Shown: in pieces, positions 60,401-64,000 of the stretch
Numbering within the stretch: the stretch's first letter is position 1
Layout of the letters: each line of letters starts with the position of its first letter
From: Macrostomum lignano
Taxonomy: Eukaryota
DNA: 64,000 nt
Direction of reading: 5' to 3'
NCBI GenBank assembly: GCA_002269645.1
Contig: NIVC01002041.1
Location: 1-64,000 of the forward strand
Position numbers and translations under genes: made by a program
Notes under the pieces: model-generated
What the model saw: the letters and a program-made list of their open reading frames with translations, nothing else
Told to the model about the DNA's origin: nothing
The model's database searches: none

Positions 60401-63400
60401 GCACACGGTGACGTCACTCCCATTAAATGTGTAGCGCAGCTGGCTCAGCCATAGGAAGTCGTTCGGCGAGGATACTCCCTTCTCAGTCAGTTCACGCACC
60501 ACATCCCTAGCGTGGACGTCGATAACGGTGAGGGCGCCGAGAGTGATGCGCTCTCCGCTGGCCAGCTTGCTGCGGACAAGTTCCACGATTTCTTCAATTT
60601 GAGAATTGCACTTCTTCAGGTACTCCCCAAGGCCGTCTTGCGACTTCATGGCCTGCGCCACCTCGGATGTCCAGTAAATGGAAGAAACGCAGAGGACGAC
60701 CTGGCCGGGCCAGTCAAGCACCCACTGCCTGCGTGGCTGCATATTCTTTGGTTTGAAGTTCAGGTCGCTAGGATACGCCATCACCGATTCGATGATCACT
60801 TTGCGCACGGAATTGATCATGACGTCCTCAACTTGCAGAAGCCACTTTTCCACCATTCCTTTGGCTTTGTGCGGCTGAATTTTTGTCACAAACGGAACAG
60901 TTTCACCTTCAGCGGACACCATGCCCACGATTTCCTGCTGCTCTGTGAAATCCAAACGGCTGATTCCCTCGAAGCACTTCTTAAGGTGAGGCTGCACCCT
61001 TGTAGGATCCTTTGTCTCGGACAAGATCTCGAGCAGTTCATCGTTCGACAGGAAGAAGAAGCGCGGAAAGTAGAGTCGCTTCTTTTCTAGGTACTCATTG
61101 AGGCCCTTCTGGATTAGCTCCAGCAGTTCGTGTGAATCTGTGAGGCGCTTCAGCATGTCTTTTTGGTCCGTGGCTGTCAGGCAGCGCGGATCCTCCACCG
61201 CGGTACTCATGATCTCCTTCCAGGTCGTGTCTACGATGCCAAATCTTCGCCCTTCTTCTGGCATCTGGGCCAGAATATCCTCCGAACTGAATATGGGTTC
61301 GAGGTAGAGCCACGTGGACTGCACCTTGAGCCAGACGTCCATTATGTCCTGCATGGAGATGAGCTTCTCCTCCCAGGCGCGCATCTCCTCTTCGAACGGT
61401 TTTATGAAGGGTGAGCCGCGCATTGTCTGCGCCTTCATGATGTGGTCGTCCAGCAGCAACTGGATCTCATCAACAGAAGAGAGAATCGACACGCCTGAGT
61501 CGCGGTAGTCAATTAGGCTGAAGCTGAGGTCGTTCCATTCTGCCTTCATCTTCTTTAAGTTGCTCTCCAATGTGTGCTCCTTCTGGGCGCCACTGCTAAT
61601 CTCAAGGAGCCTCTCAAGGTGGTCCTTGAGATCGTAGTCTAGGAAGGTCGATAGCGGTGTCTCCTCACCCTCGGGTGGGCTGAGATCGAAGCCTACGATG
61701 TCGGACATCTGCTCCCAGTGCCGCTTGCGCAGACCTGGCGAGCAGACGATTTCAATTACTGGCAGGTGCTGCCGGAACTTCTCCACATTGCGGCGCACCT
61801 TGTTGGCGACCATCTGCGGGCCGGGCGTGTCGCTGAATACCTTCATCAGCTTGGTCGCCGATGAGAACATGTTACTGAGCTCGTTAGAAATCTCTTCAAA
61901 ACTCAACGTCGTAAAATCTGCCTTCTGCCACTCTTCGCTCTTGAGGTGAATCTGCTGAGCAGTCTTCCACAGATTGTCGTACGGCTGCTTCATCTGGAAC
62001 ATGGTGCGCAGGGTCGGGAACGCGGTGGGCTCCCATTCCAGCAGCTTCTCCTCCTCATTCAGGCCGTCCAGCTCTTCCCGGGCGTTCTCCAGATCCACCT
62101 CTAGCCTAGTCAGCTGCTCAACATTCTTGGCCATCTCGTCCGGTAGCATAACTTCCTTCTTCTTGAAGCTCTCAATCTCTTTGTAGTAGCCGTCGATCTT
62201 TTCGCCGAACGCAGCGACGCGCTTCTTCAAATCTTCCTCGGCGGCTTCGCGACGATTCTGCAGGCGGCCGGTGGCCATCTCGAACACCGTGGTGATGTTC
62301 GCGGGCGCGAGGAACAGAGTGCTGTTCACCTTGAGGTCCTCGGCTGCGAATTCGGGTTAGGTATGACAGTCATTAACAAGTCATTAAGCAAAGAAAGCTT
62401 AGTAGCAATTTAAAATATTGCCCCTGTTGCTCATTATTATTTTTATTAGAGGCAGGTGGGTTGTGTGCACCCTGGCGCAGATTAAGCGACATTGGCACAC
62501 AACCGGCGAGAGGCATTACTGCCCATTCCGCCGACTCCCCTGAGCAGGCATACAAGCGTGCGGATACTTACGCAGGCACACACTCACACAGGAGTGTACA
62601 GCGGCCCTAACTTTATATTATCGTTAGGCATGTACACTTCACTGCGCCTTGGGGGGTTGGCTCTCAAGGCCATTAATTGCACGAGCAGAGCCAAGCCGAG
62701 ATTCCAATTCAGCCCCAAATTAATGTGACTGCACTTGGAATCGAGCCTGGGTCGCTGGCACACCAGAGCAGCTGCGCTACCGCTGGGCTACGCCCCCCCC
62801 CCCTGTTGCTCCTTGAGCCCCAGAATAGATCTTTAAGACTTAACTACGAGTAATCAACCGAAGCAAAGCCTGAATCTTTGCAACTACAAAACTCACGGGA
62901 CATAATTGCGTAGTCGAGTAAAAACATCAGCCTTGCCGCTGCTTCATTGATCTCCTCCTTCAGCTTGTAGACTGTGACCTCGCTGCTCTCGGTGAGGAAC
63001 TGCTGCAGCCGCACCAGCTCCGCCGTTGTCTCGGGTGTTGAGCGGACCTCCTCGCTGATTTCGTCGTATTTTCGGCAGGTGCTGGATGTTACAGATCAAG
63101 GATTTCGATGTGGGTTACGAATGGACTGAACAAATATAATAGTCAAAATAGTTTAATAACAGACAGACTGACTGACAGTAAGACAGTAAGGCACTAGGAT
63201 ACTAAGACAGACAAACAACCAGGCACCTCGACACACAAACGGAGACAGGCATTAGACAGATAAACTAGGACAGACACAAGCTTAGACAGACACACCAGTA
63301 CAGACACAAGCTTAGACAGACACACTAGGACAGACACAAGCTTAGACAGACACACTAGGACAGACACAAGCTTAGACAGACACACTAGGACAGACACAAG

Positions 63401-63791
63401 CTTAGACAGACACACTAGGACAGACAAAGCTTAGACAGACACACTAGGACAGACACAAGCTTAGACAGACACACTAGGACAGACACAAGCTTAGACAGAC
63501 ACACTAGGACAGACACAAGCTTAGACAGACACACTAGGACAGACACAAGCTTAGACAGACACAAGCTTAGGCACACTACAGAGGTTTCAAAATTCGTCCA
63601 CCGTCCGCCCACCTGCGATTCTGTTCGCGATTTTCGTCAACCTCGAACTGCACCAGCTGGTCGCGAAGTCGTTGCGCCCTGGCGCACAGGTCCTGGTTGA
63701 GCTGCACGCAGTCGAGGGTGAACATGTTCAGGCTCACCGTGATGCGCATCACCGCCACCTCCGACTTCAGCTGCTGATAGTCGTCGATTTT
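57465..63791 (-). CDS. DNAH3: Axonemal inner-arm dynein heavy chain, DNAH3-like, partial (tail/linker, AAA1-AAA3). 5' end lies outside the window and the 3' end runs into the gap
   Basis: Exons 63791-63613, 63081-62897 and 62343-57465 (frameshift at ~58695). Motifs: [130 protein letters not shown] and RQWIDHG best match DNAH3 as recalled; DNAH7/12 are not excluded. Confidence 0.9.
62470..62803 (-). mobile_element. tRNA-derived SINE, family B, copy 2 (in a dynein intron)
   Basis: Minus-strand head gggggcgtagcccagcggtagcgc..ggctcgattcc (A/B boxes). Body and tail are collinear with 18612-18942. Confidence 0.8.
63190..63575. repeat. 30-bp minisatellite in a dynein intron
   Basis: Unit gacagacacaagcttagacagacacactag. 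Confidence 0.93.
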
Positions 63792-64000
63792 CTGAGCAAG
63801 GAAGATTATTGAACGAGCAGCGATGATGGTTTGTCTTGTGCTGTTTCTTTATCACGGGCGAAGTTTTATCGTTGTACAACATCGAACTAAATAGTGGTCT
63901 AAGTCTAACACGGATGACGAAATTTTTTTATGACCAACCCGCACAATGAACACAATGAATCTTAAACAGAATACTTCCATTTTATTTTCATTGGAATTTT

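Overview
Eukaryotic (metazoan) genomic DNA with spliceosomal introns. Short introns, huge GATA arrays, many minisatellites and GC-rich exons suggest a Macrostomum-like flatworm; this is inference only. Four protein-coding genes all lie on the minus strand. (1) A complete RNF213/mysterin-like giant AAA+/E3 ligase, about 23 coding exons and roughly 5,000 aa (890-20936), with N-terminal zinc ribbons, a CBM20-like domain, an AAA core, an oddly split RING and an intact RZ finger half-encoded by a 35-bp microexon. (2) A two-exon GT32 DXD glycosyltransferase (25657-28199). (3) A six-exon alpha-arrestin/ARRDC (32769-41691). (4) A partial DNAH3-like axonemal dynein heavy chain (57465-63791) that runs into an assembly gap. 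Mobile DNA comprises two copies of a CORE-like tRNA-SINE, two copies of a second tRNA-SINE, and a decayed RNase H-bearing LINE whose 3' end matches the second SINE's tail. There are at least 14 tandem arrays, including a 13-kb GATA/TAAA satellite with higher-order structure. Five apparent single-base deletions interrupt otherwise conserved reading frames (four in RNF213, one in dynein) and are most simply long-read assembly errors. No CRISPR array, rRNA or intact tRNA gene is supported.
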